Source of the DNA: Chitinophaga pinensis
GTDB lineage: Bacteria; Bacteroidota; Bacteroidia; UBA4408
Direction: 5' to 3'
Assembly (NCBI GenBank): GCA_945872355.1
Contig: CAMBZU010000001.1
Span: 16,676-80,675, forward strand
DNA: 64,000 nucleotides
Shown here: positions 20,861 through 31,058 of the stretch, piece after piece
Layout of the letters: the number at the start of each line of letters is the position of its first letter
How positions within the stretch are numbered: the first letter of the stretch is position 1
Notes under the pieces: model-generated
What the model was told of the DNA's origin: nothing
Seen by the model: the letters and a program-made list of their open reading frames with translations, nothing else
The model's database searches: none
Position numbers and translations under genes: made by a program

Positions 20861-22743
20861 ATAGAGCTAAATCTACTGAATCATTATCAGAAGTACACGC
20901 AAGTGTTGATATCAGTCAAAAAAAAGGTGTTTGGAAAAAGTTTTTTGCCTTTTTAGGTCCGGCCTATTTAATAAGTGTTGGCTATATGGATCCTGGAAAT
21001 TGGGCAACTGACCTGGCCGGTGGAAGTAAATATGGCTATCAATTAATTTGGGTTTTATTAATGAGTAATTTGATTGCGCTTTTACTACAAAGTTTGAGTG
21101 CAAGATTAGGTATTGTAAGAGGTCGCGATTTGGCGCAAGCATCAAGAGAAACCTATCCTAGATTTATTAATTTATATTTATACACTTTAGCCGAAATAGC
21201 CATTGCGGCCTGTGATTTAGCTGAGGTGTTAGGAATGGCAATTGGTTTACAACTGCTTTTTAATTTACCTTTAATGATTGGTGTAATCATAAGTGTATTA
21301 GATACTTTTATTTTATTGTTTTTAATTAATTATGGTATCCGAAAAATGGAAGCATTTATTATTGCTTTGGTTGCCATGGTTGGATTTTCATTTTTTGCAG
21401 AAATGCTTTTTGCCCAGCCTCAAATAGGTGAAGTAGTAAAAGGATTTATTCCATCACTCCCTGATAATGATGCTTTATACATTGCTATTGGAATTATAGG
21501 AGCCACCGTAATGCCTCATAATCTTTACTTACATTCTGCTTTGGTGCAAACACGTAAAATTGGACATTTGCCTTCTGATATTAAGCGTGCCATAAGATTT
21601 AACTTTATTGATTCGGCCATTGCACTCAATCTTGCTTTTTTTGTGAATGCCGCTATTTTAATATTAGCGGCCACTGCTTTTTATAAAAATGGACTATTTG
21701 AAATTGCCGAAATTCAAGATGCACATCGCTTATTAGCGCCCATGCTAGGTTCAAAATGGGCGCCAATTTTATTTGCTGTTGCACTAATTGCTGCAGGACA
21801 AAGTAGCACCATTACTGGAACCTTGGCAGGGCAAATTATTATGGAAGGTTATTTAAATTTAAGAATTCAACCTTGGGTGCGCAGAATTATTACACGTGCC
21901 ATGGCAGTGCTGCCATGCTTATTGGCCATTTACTATATGGGCGAGTCTGCCACTGGAAAGTTACTTATTTTAAGTCAAGTTATTTTGAGTATGCAATTGG
22001 GCTTTGCCATTATTCCATTGATTCACTTTGTTAGCGATAAACAAAAGATGGGCGCTTTTGTAATAGGTTTTAAGGTAAAAGCGCTCGCGTGGATAAGTGC
22101 TGCAATTATAGTTTCGCTTAATATTAAATTAGTTTTTGAAGAGGTTTTAACGTTACTTCAAAATTTTCCAAATCATCAATACCTCATTTTACTGACTATA
22201 ATTCCTATTGTTTTACTTTCTATAGGGGTGCTTTGCTATGTTACCTTTTTGCCACTCATTTCAAAAATAAAGCATCAGCAATCTGCCACACCACATGGTT
22301 TACATAAATTGGAACCTGTTATTTCAAGAAAAAAATATGAGCGAATTGCTATTACAGTTGACTTCTCCGACTCTGATAATGCTGCACTTTCTCAAGCCGT
22401 ATTGCAAGCACAAAAACATACAACACTTTTACTAATTCACATTGTTGAAACAGCCGGTGCATTATTATTAGGAGATGAAATTAAGGACCACGAAAGCACC
22501 ACAGATATTAAACAGTTGGAGCAGTATAAATTGTATTTGGTTGACAAAGGTTACAACGTTGAAACTGCTTTGGGTTATGGCAATCCAAAAAATCAAATTC
22601 CTATTATTGTGAATAAGAATAAAGCAGATTTATTGATTATGGCCACCCACGGACACAAAGGCTTGAAAGATTTTATTTTTGGCACCACACTCAATAAAGT
22701 TCGACATAGTGTTAAAATACCTGTGCTCATTGTAGGAGTTTAA
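20851..22743 (+). CDS. mntH: Nramp-family divalent metal (Mn2+/Fe2+) transporter fused to a C-terminal universal stress protein (UspA) domain
   Basis: GPAYLISVGYMDPGNWATDLAGGS Nramp signature; about 11 TM; last ~150 aa form a USP domain (HGHKGLKDFIFGTTLNKV..VLIVG). Confidence 0.85.
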   Translation: MSVNRAKSTESLSEVHASVDISQKKGVWKKFFAFLGPAYLISVGYMDPGNWATDLAGGSKYGYQLIWVLLMSNLIALLLQSLSARLGIVRGRDLAQASRETYPRFINLYLYTLAEIAIAACDLAEVLGMAIGLQLLFNLPLMIGVIISVLDTFILLFLINYGIRKMEAFIIALVAMVGFSFFAEMLFAQPQIGEVVKGFIPSLPDNDALYIAIGIIGATVMPHNLYLHSALVQTRKIGHLPSDIKRAIRFNFIDSAIALNLAFFVNAAILILAATAFYKNGLFEIAEIQDAHRLLAPMLGSKWAPILFAVALIAAGQSSTITGTLAGQIIMEGYLNLRIQPWVRRIITRAMAVLPCLLAIYYMGESATGKLLILSQVILSMQLGFAIIPLIHFVSDKQKMGAFVIGFKVKALAWISAAIIVSLNIKLVFEEVLTLLQNFPNHQYLILLTIIPIVLLSIGVLCYVTFLPLISKIKHQQSATPHGLHKLEPVISRKKYERIAITVDFSDSDNAALSQAVLQAQKHTTLLLIHIVETAGALLLGDEIKDHESTTDIKQLEQYKLYLVDKGYNVETALGYGNPKNQIPIIVNKNKADLLIMATHGHKGLKDFIFGTTLNKVRHSVKIPVLIVGV

Positions 22744-22764
22744 ACACTTGAATTATTTGCGTTA

Positions 22765-22789
22765 AGGATTGGAGCGGAAATCCTTTTTG
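22765..22789 (+). terminator. Rho-independent terminator after mntH-usp
   Basis: aggatt-ggagcgga-aatcct hairpin plus ttttt. Confidence 0.6.
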
Positions 22790-23034
22790 GCATTTATGAC
22801 AAAGAGATTGCAGCAAAAAGCCTGACCCAAAGGGAACGCCCATTAAATTATTACTATGCTTAAGGTTAAATTGTTTTACAAGTTGCTTAAAATCAAATAA
22901 TGATGAGCAATTAAAGAAACGCATATACACTAATAAACGTAGTGTAGGGTAAAAGTTGATTCGGTTTGTATTGTGTAATTTGGGTTAAAAAACAAATCGC
23001 TTAACTTCGCATTTTAAATCACCAAATTTAATTT

Positions 23035-23862
23035 ATGAAACTCTCGCTTGCCTTTTCTCCTTGCCCTAACGATACCTTTATTTTTGATGCATTGATACAT
23101 AAACGCATTGATACTTTAGGTTATGATTTTGAAGTGGTGTTGGCCGATGTGGAGCAACTGAATAAAAAGGCTTTTAAACAGGAAGTTGATATCACGAAAT
23201 TGAGTTTTCATGCTTTAGCTTATGTTACAAAAAACTATCAATTGTTACATGCAGGGAGTGCTTTGGGGAGCGGCTGTGGCCCGCTTTTAATTACAACCAA
23301 AGCGCATTTGCATGCCGTTGTGGATACATTAAAGACTGCTATACCTGGCAAATATACCACTGCTAATTTTCTGTTGAGTCTGGCCTATCCAGCTTTGGCA
23401 ACAAAGGAAGAACGTATTTTTTGTGATATTGAAGATGCTGTGCTTTCGGGTGAATTTGATGCTGGATTGATTATTCATGAAAATAGATTTACCTATCAAG
23501 AGAAAGGCTTAAAACTCATTAAAGACTTAGGGGCCTTTTGGGAAGAGTTTTCAGGTGCACCAATACCTTTAGGTGCAATTGCTATCAGAAGAAATTTGAA
23601 TGATAAGGTAAAAAAGGAGGTGAATGATTTAATTAGAAAAAGTGTGGAGTATGCTTTTGCTCATCCAGAAGCATCAATGCCTTACACCAAGCAACATGCG
23701 CAAAATATGGATGAAAATGTGATGAGGCAGCACATTGCATTGTATGTAAATAAATATAGTGTTGATTTAGGAGAAGAAGGCAAACGGGCTGTTCGCCTTC
23801 TTCTTGATACAGCTAGCAAAAAAGAATTAATTCCTGCCATTACCGAACCATTATTAATTTAA
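23035..23862 (+). CDS. mqnD: 1,4-dihydroxy-6-naphthoate synthase (futalosine pathway) or close MqnA/MqnD-family homolog
   Basis: N-terminal LSLAFSPCPNDTFIFDALIH signature of the MqnA/MqnD family; 275 aa. Confidence 0.65.
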   Translation: MKLSLAFSPCPNDTFIFDALIHKRIDTLGYDFEVVLADVEQLNKKAFKQEVDITKLSFHALAYVTKNYQLLHAGSALGSGCGPLLITTKAHLHAVVDTLKTAIPGKYTTANFLLSLAYPALATKEERIFCDIEDAVLSGEFDAGLIIHENRFTYQEKGLKLIKDLGAFWEEFSGAPIPLGAIAIRRNLNDKVKKEVNDLIRKSVEYAFAHPEASMPYTKQHAQNMDENVMRQHIALYVNKYSVDLGEEGKRAVRLLLDTASKKELIPAITEPLLI

Positions 23863-23863
23863 T

Positions 23864-24229
23864 TTAAAATGGTAAATCGTCTGGTTCACTTGGTGCTAAA
23901 GGTTCAGTAATTACTGGCGGTTGACCAACTTGAGGACCATTGTTTGCCTGTTTGTTACTTTCAATTTTCCAAGCCTCTAAAGAGTTGAAATATTTAATTT
24001 CGTTTTGAGGGCTTGTCCACTCGCGTCCTCTTAAATTAAAATGCACTTTTATTTCGTCGCCAACATTTACGCTTTCTATTAAAGAGCAGCGATCTTGTGT
24101 AAGCTGAAATGAAAGCATTTGAGGGTATTGTGAACTGTTTTCAGTAATCACAAACTCGCGTTTGCGAAACTTATCCGACACTTGTTGTTCGGTTTGTTTT
24201 GATTTTAGGGTACCTGTAATTTGAAACAT
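23864..24229 (-). CDS. DUF3127-like small protein
   Basis: 121 aa; pattern conserved in Bacteroidota DUF3127 proteins; low-complexity Pro-rich tail. Confidence 0.4.
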   Translation of the reverse strand: MFQITGTLKSKQTEQQVSDKFRKREFVITENSSQYPQMLSFQLTQDRCSLIESVNVGDEIKVHFNLRGREWTSPQNEIKYFNSLEAWKIESNKQANNGPQVGQPPVITEPLAPSEPDDLPF

Positions 24230-24242
24230 GATATATTTAGTA

Positions 24243-25136
24243 TTAATTTTTTTCTGATAATAGTATTTTCCAAGCCGTAGTGCTATCGTTTTTTACTAGA
24301 AAATGCTTTGCTGCTTGGTGTTTGGCATTTTCGCCATTTTGTTTAAACTTAAATTCTTCGCTCACCAAAATAAATTCGGATGATTGTGTGTATGATGTTA
24401 TTTCATTGGCAGAAGGCATTTGATCAACATTGCCTAATTTACCTAAATCATTGCCTGTTAAAATAGTGCTGTTTCTAATATTTTTAGGAATAGCATCAAC
24501 TCCAATTCCTAGAGTAGTTATTGGTTTTGGAACCTCAAAGAGTGCATTTCCAGAATTTCTACTGTACCAATCGCTACCTAAACGAGACACAAGATCAATT
24601 TTATGTTGGTCTATTCGGCCTTGATCATCTAAAATACTCTCTTGAATATGTACCAATAAAATTTCGCAAACTATTAAATTTCCTGCTCCGCCTTTATCGC
24701 CAAGGGCAATCACTTCATTTACTTTACATTCCAATTGAACCGGACTTTCCTTCACCCTAAAAGGTTTTACAAGTTCTGAGGCCACAGGTGTAAATCCAGC
24801 TTTTTCAAACTCATTTACACCAAAAGGATATTCGGAACTTGACAAAGACATTTGCTGTACCATATCATAATTTACAGCATTAAGCACCACTTCGGGATGA
24901 TGCAATACATTATCAAGTGTGTGTTTTGTTGTATTGTCTCTTACCCTCCGAGCAGGAGAAAATATGGCAATAGGCGGATTACTGCTGAATACATTATAAA
25001 AACTAAATGGACTTAAATTAGGAGTTCCATCTTGATTCAATGTGCTTGCAAAGGCTATTGGACGGGGTGCTATAGCCGATAATAAGTAGGCGTGCAGTTT
25101 ACCAGTAGCAATATCTTTGGGGTGTATAGTTAGCAT
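24243..25136 (-). CDS. Flavin reductase-like (FMN-binding split barrel) family protein
   Basis: LSAIAPRPIAFASTLNQDGTPNLSPFSFYNVFSSNPP typical of flavin reductase domain proteins. Confidence 0.7.
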   Translation of the reverse strand: MLTIHPKDIATGKLHAYLLSAIAPRPIAFASTLNQDGTPNLSPFSFYNVFSSNPPIAIFSPARRVRDNTTKHTLDNVLHHPEVVLNAVNYDMVQQMSLSSSEYPFGVNEFEKAGFTPVASELVKPFRVKESPVQLECKVNEVIALGDKGGAGNLIVCEILLVHIQESILDDQGRIDQHKIDLVSRLGSDWYSRNSGNALFEVPKPITTLGIGVDAIPKNIRNSTILTGNDLGKLGNVDQMPSANEITSYTQSSEFILVSEEFKFKQNGENAKHQAAKHFLVKNDSTTAWKILLSEKN

Positions 25137-25313
25137 ATTTCGTAACGCAAAAATAGCAAAATATTATTCATTTTTTATTACATTATACAATTAGAAAACT
25201 CTTTTTTTTGTTAAGAAGTGCAATAATTTTGAGTGTTATCATTTGTTTGGAATTATTTATTGTGATTTAATGTTTTGTGAATAGTTTTACACTGTTTTAT
25301 CAATGACTGCTGG

Positions 25314-26561
25314 ATGCGTTTGCTTTATACCCTTTTTATTCAAATTTACACCTTTTCGATTACATGCTATGCAGCTGTAAACGATAAGGCAAATTTGTGG
25401 ATTAACGGTCGAAAAGATTGGAAAAAAAAGTTGCAAAGCTTTAATTTTAAAGGACATGATATATACTGGTTTCATTGTGCTTCATTAGGAGAGTTTGAGC
25501 AGGGTAGGCCACTTATGGAAACAATTAAAGCAGATGAAAAAAATAAAATCCTACTTACTTTTTTTTCACCTAGTGGTTATGAATTACGCAAGAATTATAA
25601 AATGGCCGATTGGGTTTTATACCTTCCCGCGGATCTTCCAAAAAATGCAGAATTTTTTATTAATGCTGTTAATCCTAAGGCTGTATTTTTTATAAAGTAT
25701 GAATTTTGGTTCAACTATTTATTTGAACTCAAAAAAAGAGCTATTCCCGTTTTTTTAGTGTCGGGCATTTTTAGAGAAAGTCAATATTTTTTTCATTGGT
25801 ATGGCGCCTGGGCACGAAAGCAATTAGGAGCATTTTCTTGTTTTTTTCTGCAGAACCAAAAGAGTTTAGAACTTTTGAATAATGTTGGATTTAAAAATGC
25901 AATAGTAACTGGCGATACTAGATTTGATAGGGTTTTGCAAATTATGAAAGAACGCAAAAGGATGGAGCTACTTGATGTGTTTGTAAAAAATACAATGGTT
26001 ACTGTTGCTGGAAGCACCTATGTTGAAGATGAAAAATTGCTTAAAAAGGCCAACAACTTTTTGGAAAAATCACATTTAAAGGTCAAATTTATTATTGCAC
26101 CACATGTTGTAACACAAAATAGAATAAGGGAAATAGAAGGAATTTTTGGCATTGATCAATGTGTTAGATTTTCAATAATGAAGGCCGAGGACATGCACAA
26201 AAAGGTTTTAATCATTGATAATATTGGTATGCTATCATCTTTATATGGTCATGCAACTTTAGCCTATATAGGTGGTGGATTGGGCAAAGGCATTCATAAT
26301 ACTTTAGAAGCTGCGGTTTATGGTATTCCATTAATTTTTGGAAATAAATACCATAAATTTGATGAAGCAAAGGCACTGATAGAAACAGGTGCAGCATTTG
26401 TTGTTACCAATGAGGTAGCGTTAAATAATAAATTGCTTAGCTTGTTTTCTGATGAAAAATTAAGAAAAAGTATAGGCTTAAAAAGCAGTAATTATGTAAC
26501 TGAACAAAAGGGATCCTTGGCAAAAATTATAGATGAATTAAAAATGAGAAATATACTTTAA
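25314..26561 (+). CDS. waaA: 3-deoxy-D-manno-octulosonic acid (Kdo) transferase
   Basis: N-terminal membrane anchor, KANLWINGRKDWKKKL and FHCASLGEFEQGRPL motifs of KdtA/WaaA; 415 aa. Confidence 0.85.
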   Translation: MRLLYTLFIQIYTFSITCYAAVNDKANLWINGRKDWKKKLQSFNFKGHDIYWFHCASLGEFEQGRPLMETIKADEKNKILLTFFSPSGYELRKNYKMADWVLYLPADLPKNAEFFINAVNPKAVFFIKYEFWFNYLFELKKRAIPVFLVSGIFRESQYFFHWYGAWARKQLGAFSCFFLQNQKSLELLNNVGFKNAIVTGDTRFDRVLQIMKERKRMELLDVFVKNTMVTVAGSTYVEDEKLLKKANNFLEKSHLKVKFIIAPHVVTQNRIREIEGIFGIDQCVRFSIMKAEDMHKKVLIIDNIGMLSSLYGHATLAYIGGGLGKGIHNTLEAAVYGIPLIFGNKYHKFDEAKALIETGAAFVVTNEVALNNKLLSLFSDEKLRKSIGLKSSNYVTEQKGSLAKIIDELKMRNIL

Positions 26562-26613
26562 ATACGATGGGCCCGATTTTTGAAAATAGAATTTATAAAT
26601 AATAATTATCCTT

Positions 26614-27048
26614 ATGAAAAGTATTCAATATCAAAATAGAATTTTACAGTTTGCCATCATTTTAATGATGGCATTTTTGGCTTCATGTGCTCCTGAACCT
26701 CAAGATGAAGTTGTTGTAGATTATACGGGCACATGGACTTGCAGTGAAACAACAAGCAATCCTGCAAGCACTTCAAGTTATTCGGTTAAACTTAAAAAAG
26801 TAGGTAGCAGCACTACTGAATATAAAATTGAAAACTTTTACAATTTAGGATTTAATTATGAAGCTGCTGTGAGCATTGGCGCGGCTGCCATTTCTATTTC
26901 ATCCCAAACTATTGGTGCTGGCAATACTTCATTTACTGCTAGTGGAAGCGGAACAGTAAATGCTAGCACTAAACTTACAATGACCTATAAAATGGAGGAT
27001 GGAAGTGGTGCAGCAGATAACTGCAGCGCAACCTTTAATAAACAATAG
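26614..27048 (+). CDS. Hypothetical lipoprotein
   Basis: Signal peptide with lipobox (LASC), Ser/Thr-rich; 144 aa. Confidence 0.5.
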   Translation: MKSIQYQNRILQFAIILMMAFLASCAPEPQDEVVVDYTGTWTCSETTSNPASTSSYSVKLKKVGSSTTEYKIENFYNLGFNYEAAVSIGAAAISISSQTIGAGNTSFTASGSGTVNASTKLTMTYKMEDGSGAADNCSATFNKQ

Positions 27049-27056
27049 TTTATTTG

Positions 27057-27160
27057 TAATACCGATGTGAAATAAGTAGTGGCCCAAACTTTTTCCGATC
27101 GGCACTTACCAATGTAAGATTTAAAATTATTGGCATAATTTATAAATTACATTGGTATAA
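27057..27160. repeat. Mosaic intergenic repeat, copy A
   Basis: Shares taataccgatgtgaaataagtaRtggcccaaa and ttttccgatcggca modules with copy B, and the attattggcatRatttataaatYacattggtRtaa module with copy D. Confidence 0.7.
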
Positions 27161-27321
27161 GATACACCCAAAATGAAACTCGATATAAAACCCCTAAGTG
27201 AAAAAATTGATCATTTATTGGTTCATCAAAGTAAAAAATTATTGGAAATTCAAGATGTTTAAATCGATTATTTCAATTTCCTTTGCTTCGTAAACTAAAA
27301 GTTTTTATAAATTGGGTTAAA

Positions 27322-28110
27322 TTATAAACAACTTGTTCTGCCGCCATCTACAGGAACATTGATGCCATTGATGTAGGCAGCAGCAGGGCTTGCTAAAAAT
27401 GCAACTGCAGCAGCAATTTCTTCAGCTTCAGCGAACCTTCCTGCAGGTATCTCATTCATCATTTCCTGCGAAATTTTATCAATAGGTTCATTGTTTTTAA
27501 CAGCTTTATTACTAATAATTCCTTGTAATCGGGCAGTTGAGGTAGCACCTGGCAATACATTGTTTACTGTAACTCCATCAGCTGCAACTTCCATCGAAAG
27601 TGTTTTAGCCCAATTAGCAACAGCTGCTCTAATGGTATTAGAAACTCCTAAGCCTTTTAATGGTTGCTTAACCGAAGTAGAAATGATATTAATAATTCTA
27701 CCAAATTTTTCTTCTTTCATAAAAGGTAAAACAGCTTCAGCTAAAATATGATTACATATTAAATGATTATTGAAAGCGCTTAAAAATTCATGTGTTTTAG
27801 CATCTGAAATTTTGCCTGCTGGCGGACCACCTGTATTGTTTACTAAAATATGCGCCGCCCCATTTTTATCAATATACTTTGCCAATGTTGCTCTTAGTTG
27901 TGCTGGATCGGAAAAATCTACAACGATGTAGTCATTTTCTAAATTATTGATGGCATTTATTTCTGATACCACATTTTTTAACGAAGCCTCATTCCTAGCT
28001 ATTAAAACTATTTTAGCTCCTAATATTGCTAATTCTACTGCACTTGCTTTGCCTATGCCTTGTGTACTGCCACATACAAAGGCTGTTTTGTTTTTTAAGT
28101 TTAAATTCAT
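27322..28110 (-). CDS. SDR-family NAD(P)-dependent oxidoreductase
   Basis: N-terminal AFVCGSTQGIGKASA (TGxxxGIG) motif, 262 aa. Confidence 0.85.
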   Translation of the reverse strand: MNLNLKNKTAFVCGSTQGIGKASAVELAILGAKIVLIARNEASLKNVVSEINAINNLENDYIVVDFSDPAQLRATLAKYIDKNGAAHILVNNTGGPPAGKISDAKTHEFLSAFNNHLICNHILAEAVLPFMKEEKFGRIINIISTSVKQPLKGLGVSNTIRAAVANWAKTLSMEVAADGVTVNNVLPGATSTARLQGIISNKAVKNNEPIDKISQEMMNEIPAGRFAEAEEIAAAVAFLASPAAAYINGINVPVDGGRTSCL

Positions 28111-28335
28111 GTTGCTAAAGTAATGGATTGCTGCGTGCTTATAAAATATTTTTTGCCGAATTGGTCAATACCTCATTCGATAATTTTTATCCCAAATGTA
28201 AAACCAGATTCCCTAGTAGGAATCGTTAATCAACAAAATTTTACAATAATACCAATTGCTCACGGTCCTTAAGATTTCCAAATTGGTGCCTTGATGCTAA
28301 GCCTATCTTTATACTAAATTACATTAGCAGATATG

Positions 28336-29400
28336 CTAGTGTAAAATCTTAAACACCATTTCACGCATGAGCTCGCTTTTTTCCATTTGAATACCGTCAA
28401 TACCCTTGCTGCGCATATCGTATTCGTGCAGATAACCAATTATCCTAACCAATTTATCAAGGGAGTAATTTCTGCCTGCAGTTTCCAAATCTTTAAGTTG
28501 GTTGGAATAAACCCTCATTTGCGACATAACTGCCCCCGAAGATTTATCGGGCAAGGTTTGATAATAAAGTAACTTTGAAAAATAGGTATAAAGCACTGCC
28601 AAATTCATTTCGAAAGGATGCTCCTTGGGGTTTTTGGAAAAATAATCTATAATTTTATTAGCTTTAAATACATCTTTAGAAGCAATGGCATTTTGCAATT
28701 CAAAAATATTAAAATCTTTACTAATGCCAATAAATTGCTGCACATCATCAGGTGTAATTTCATCGTTGTTTTTTTTGTTGATGGCTAACTTGTTCAGCTC
28801 ATTTACAATTCTACTCAAATCATTCCCTAAATGATCGGCCAACATTTGCACGGCCTTGGCATTTATTTTTATTTTGTGGTCAGTGGTGTACTTTGCAATC
28901 CATTCTGCAAGTTTGTAATCTTTTACCTTTTCAGAGGAAAACATTACAGCATTTTTGTCCATCGATTTTGCTAAAGCAGTGCGCTTGTCCAAAGTTTTGT
29001 ATTTGTAACAAATAACCAAAACCGTGGTATTTAAGGGCTTTAATGCATAATCTTCGAGCGGACTTACTTCTGATTCTTTTTTGGCGCTTTTTGATTTTAT
29101 TTTAACGCTCACAGTTTCTGTGAGGTTCTTTATTTCTTGAGCTTCGCGTACAATAATAACTTGTCTCTCCGCCATCATTGGAAAGCGTTTAGCAGCACTA
29201 ATTAAACTAATTAAATCAGTGTCTTTGCCATACATTACTGTTTGATTAAATTCCTTATCAGCTGCATCTAAAATATTGTTTTCAATAAAATCGGCAATTT
29301 GATCAATATAATAGGGCTCTTCTCCTTCTAAAAAATAGACAGGAGCATACTTCTTAGCTTTTAAAGAGGCAATGATATTTTCAAAACTTTCCTTTGGCAA
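28336..29400 (-). CDS. holA: DNA polymerase III delta subunit
   Basis: 354 aa; N-terminal KKYAPVYFLEGEEPYYIDQIADFIE pattern of HolA. Confidence 0.8.
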   Translation of the reverse strand: MPKESFENIIASLKAKKYAPVYFLEGEEPYYIDQIADFIENNILDAADKEFNQTVMYGKDTDLISLISAAKRFPMMAERQVIIVREAQEIKNLTETVSVKIKSKSAKKESEVSPLEDYALKPLNTTVLVICYKYKTLDKRTALAKSMDKNAVMFSSEKVKDYKLAEWIAKYTTDHKIKINAKAVQMLADHLGNDLSRIVNELNKLAINKKNNDEITPDDVQQFIGISKDFNIFELQNAIASKDVFKANKIIDYFSKNPKEHPFEMNLAVLYTYFSKLLYYQTLPDKSSGAVMSQMRVYSNQLKDLETAGRNYSLDKLVRIIGYLHEYDMRSKGIDGIQMEKSELMREMVFKILH

Positions 29401-29444
29401 TGTGGGTATAATTTGTTGTTTAAAACTTGCTCAATGATAAAGAA

Positions 29445-30221
29445 TTATTCTTCAAATCTTAAATGTTTCACTGTGTTTTTGTTATTGATTAACTGATTTA
29501 ATGATTCAATACCAATCTTTAAATGCATATCAACAAAGTTCTCAGTTACTTTTTTGTCGCTTTCGCTTGTTTTAACACCAGTAGAAATCATGGGTTGATC
29601 ACTTACCAAAAGCAATGCGCCAGTGGGGATTTCATTGTAAAAACCAGTGCTAAAAATAGTAGCAGTTTCCATATCTATACCCATTACTCTTAACTTTCGT
29701 AAATATTCTTTAAACTCATTGTCATGTTCCCAAACTCTTCTATTGGTGGTGTATACTGTACCTGTCCAATAATCGCGGTCAAACTCGCGAATTGTTGTAC
29801 TCACTGCTTTCTGTAAACTAAATGCAGGTAGCGCGGGCACTTCTGCTGGGAAATAGTCATTTGATGTTCCTTCTCCTCTTATTGCAGCAATTGGCAAAAT
29901 CAAATCTCCTAGTTCATTTTTTTTCTTTAAACCACCGCATTTTCCTAAAAACAAGCATGCTTTTGGTTTAGATGCAGTTAGTAAATCCATAATGGTGGCG
30001 GCATTTGCACTTCCCATTCCAAAGTTAATGATGGTAATGTCGTTCGCAGTGGCATTGGGCATAATTCTATCTGTACCTTCTACCTCCACATTGTTCCACT
30101 CTGCAAACATTTTTACATAATTGTGAAAGTTGGTCAACAAAATGTAATTTCCAATTTTATCAAGACTTAGACCAGTATAGCGTGGTAACCAATTGGAAAC
30201 AATATCTTCTTTGCTTTTCAT
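29445..30221 (-). CDS. AMP nucleosidase / PNP-UDP-family nucleoside phosphorylase-like protein
   Basis: 258 aa with phosphorylase-family-1 fold motifs (FGMGSANAATIMDLL, FLGKCGGL). Confidence 0.6.
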   Translation of the reverse strand: MKSKEDIVSNWLPRYTGLSLDKIGNYILLTNFHNYVKMFAEWNNVEVEGTDRIMPNATANDITIINFGMGSANAATIMDLLTASKPKACLFLGKCGGLKKKNELGDLILPIAAIRGEGTSNDYFPAEVPALPAFSLQKAVSTTIREFDRDYWTGTVYTTNRRVWEHDNEFKEYLRKLRVMGIDMETATIFSTGFYNEIPTGALLLVSDQPMISTGVKTSESDKKVTENFVDMHLKIGIESLNQLINNKNTVKHLRFEE

Positions 30222-30403
30222 TTGCGTTGTTTTGAAGTAAATTTCTTTTCGTTAATATATATGATATGATATTAATTCGATTCTCAAAAGTAAGTAAATG
30301 TTTCATAATTTAAACTATGCTTTTGTTTAACTGTAAGTTTAGTATTAGTTTTGAATTTTAAAGCATACAAATAACTGTTAATTTCACCTTTACTTAAATC
30401 TCC

Positions 30404-30877
30404 TTGAAAACCTTTGAAAGGCTTAATTTACCTGATGTTGAATTGAAAATTAAAGAGGAAAATCAAAACACATTTGTGTTTGACTTTATTCGAAAAAAAT
30501 GGTTGGTACTCACTCCCGAAGAATGGGTTCGACAGCATTTAGTTAACTATTTAATCATACACAAACATTTTCCAGCATCTTTAATAAGCTTAGAAGCAGG
30601 ATTAAAGTATAATTCTTTGCATAAGAGGACAGACATTTTAATATACAATAAGTTAGGTAAGCCTTTGCTAATTATTGAATGCAAAGCACCTGATGTTCCT
30701 ATCTCTCAAAAAGTACTCACGCAAGTAAGCATTTATAATAAAACCATTAAAGCCCATTTTCTTTGTGTTACAAATGGAATGAAGCATTATTGTTGGACTT
30801 TTGATCCACTAACAAACAAATTTGATTTTCAAAAGCAAATCCCTGATTTTACTGATATTGATGAGTTAAAAGTATAA
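30404..30877 (+). CDS. Type I restriction enzyme HsdR N-terminal domain (PD-(D/E)xK nuclease-like) protein
   Basis: 157 aa; TDILIY...LLIIECKAP resembles a D-x(n)-E-x-K nuclease core. Confidence 0.6.
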   Translation: MKTFERLNLPDVELKIKEENQNTFVFDFIRKKWLVLTPEEWVRQHLVNYLIIHKHFPASLISLEAGLKYNSLHKRTDILIYNKLGKPLLIIECKAPDVPISQKVLTQVSIYNKTIKAHFLCVTNGMKHYCWTFDPLTNKFDFQKQIPDFTDIDELKV

Positions 30878-31058
30878 AAAAGCGCAATATTTTAAACTCA
30901 ACATTTCATCAATTAATTAATACTCATTGCAGTAATTGTCAAAATTGAAAATTAAATGTTGGTCAATTCACAGAAAAAATTTACTTTTGCACTACTTTAT
31001 TATAACAAAATACAAACATTGTTGTTATACAAATAATATTCACATTAAAAACAAATAA

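Noticed and set aside
30878-31058. Possible SAH riboswitch upstream of ahcY.
   Set aside because: The region is extremely AT-rich and lacks the GC-rich pseudoknot core of SAH riboswitches.
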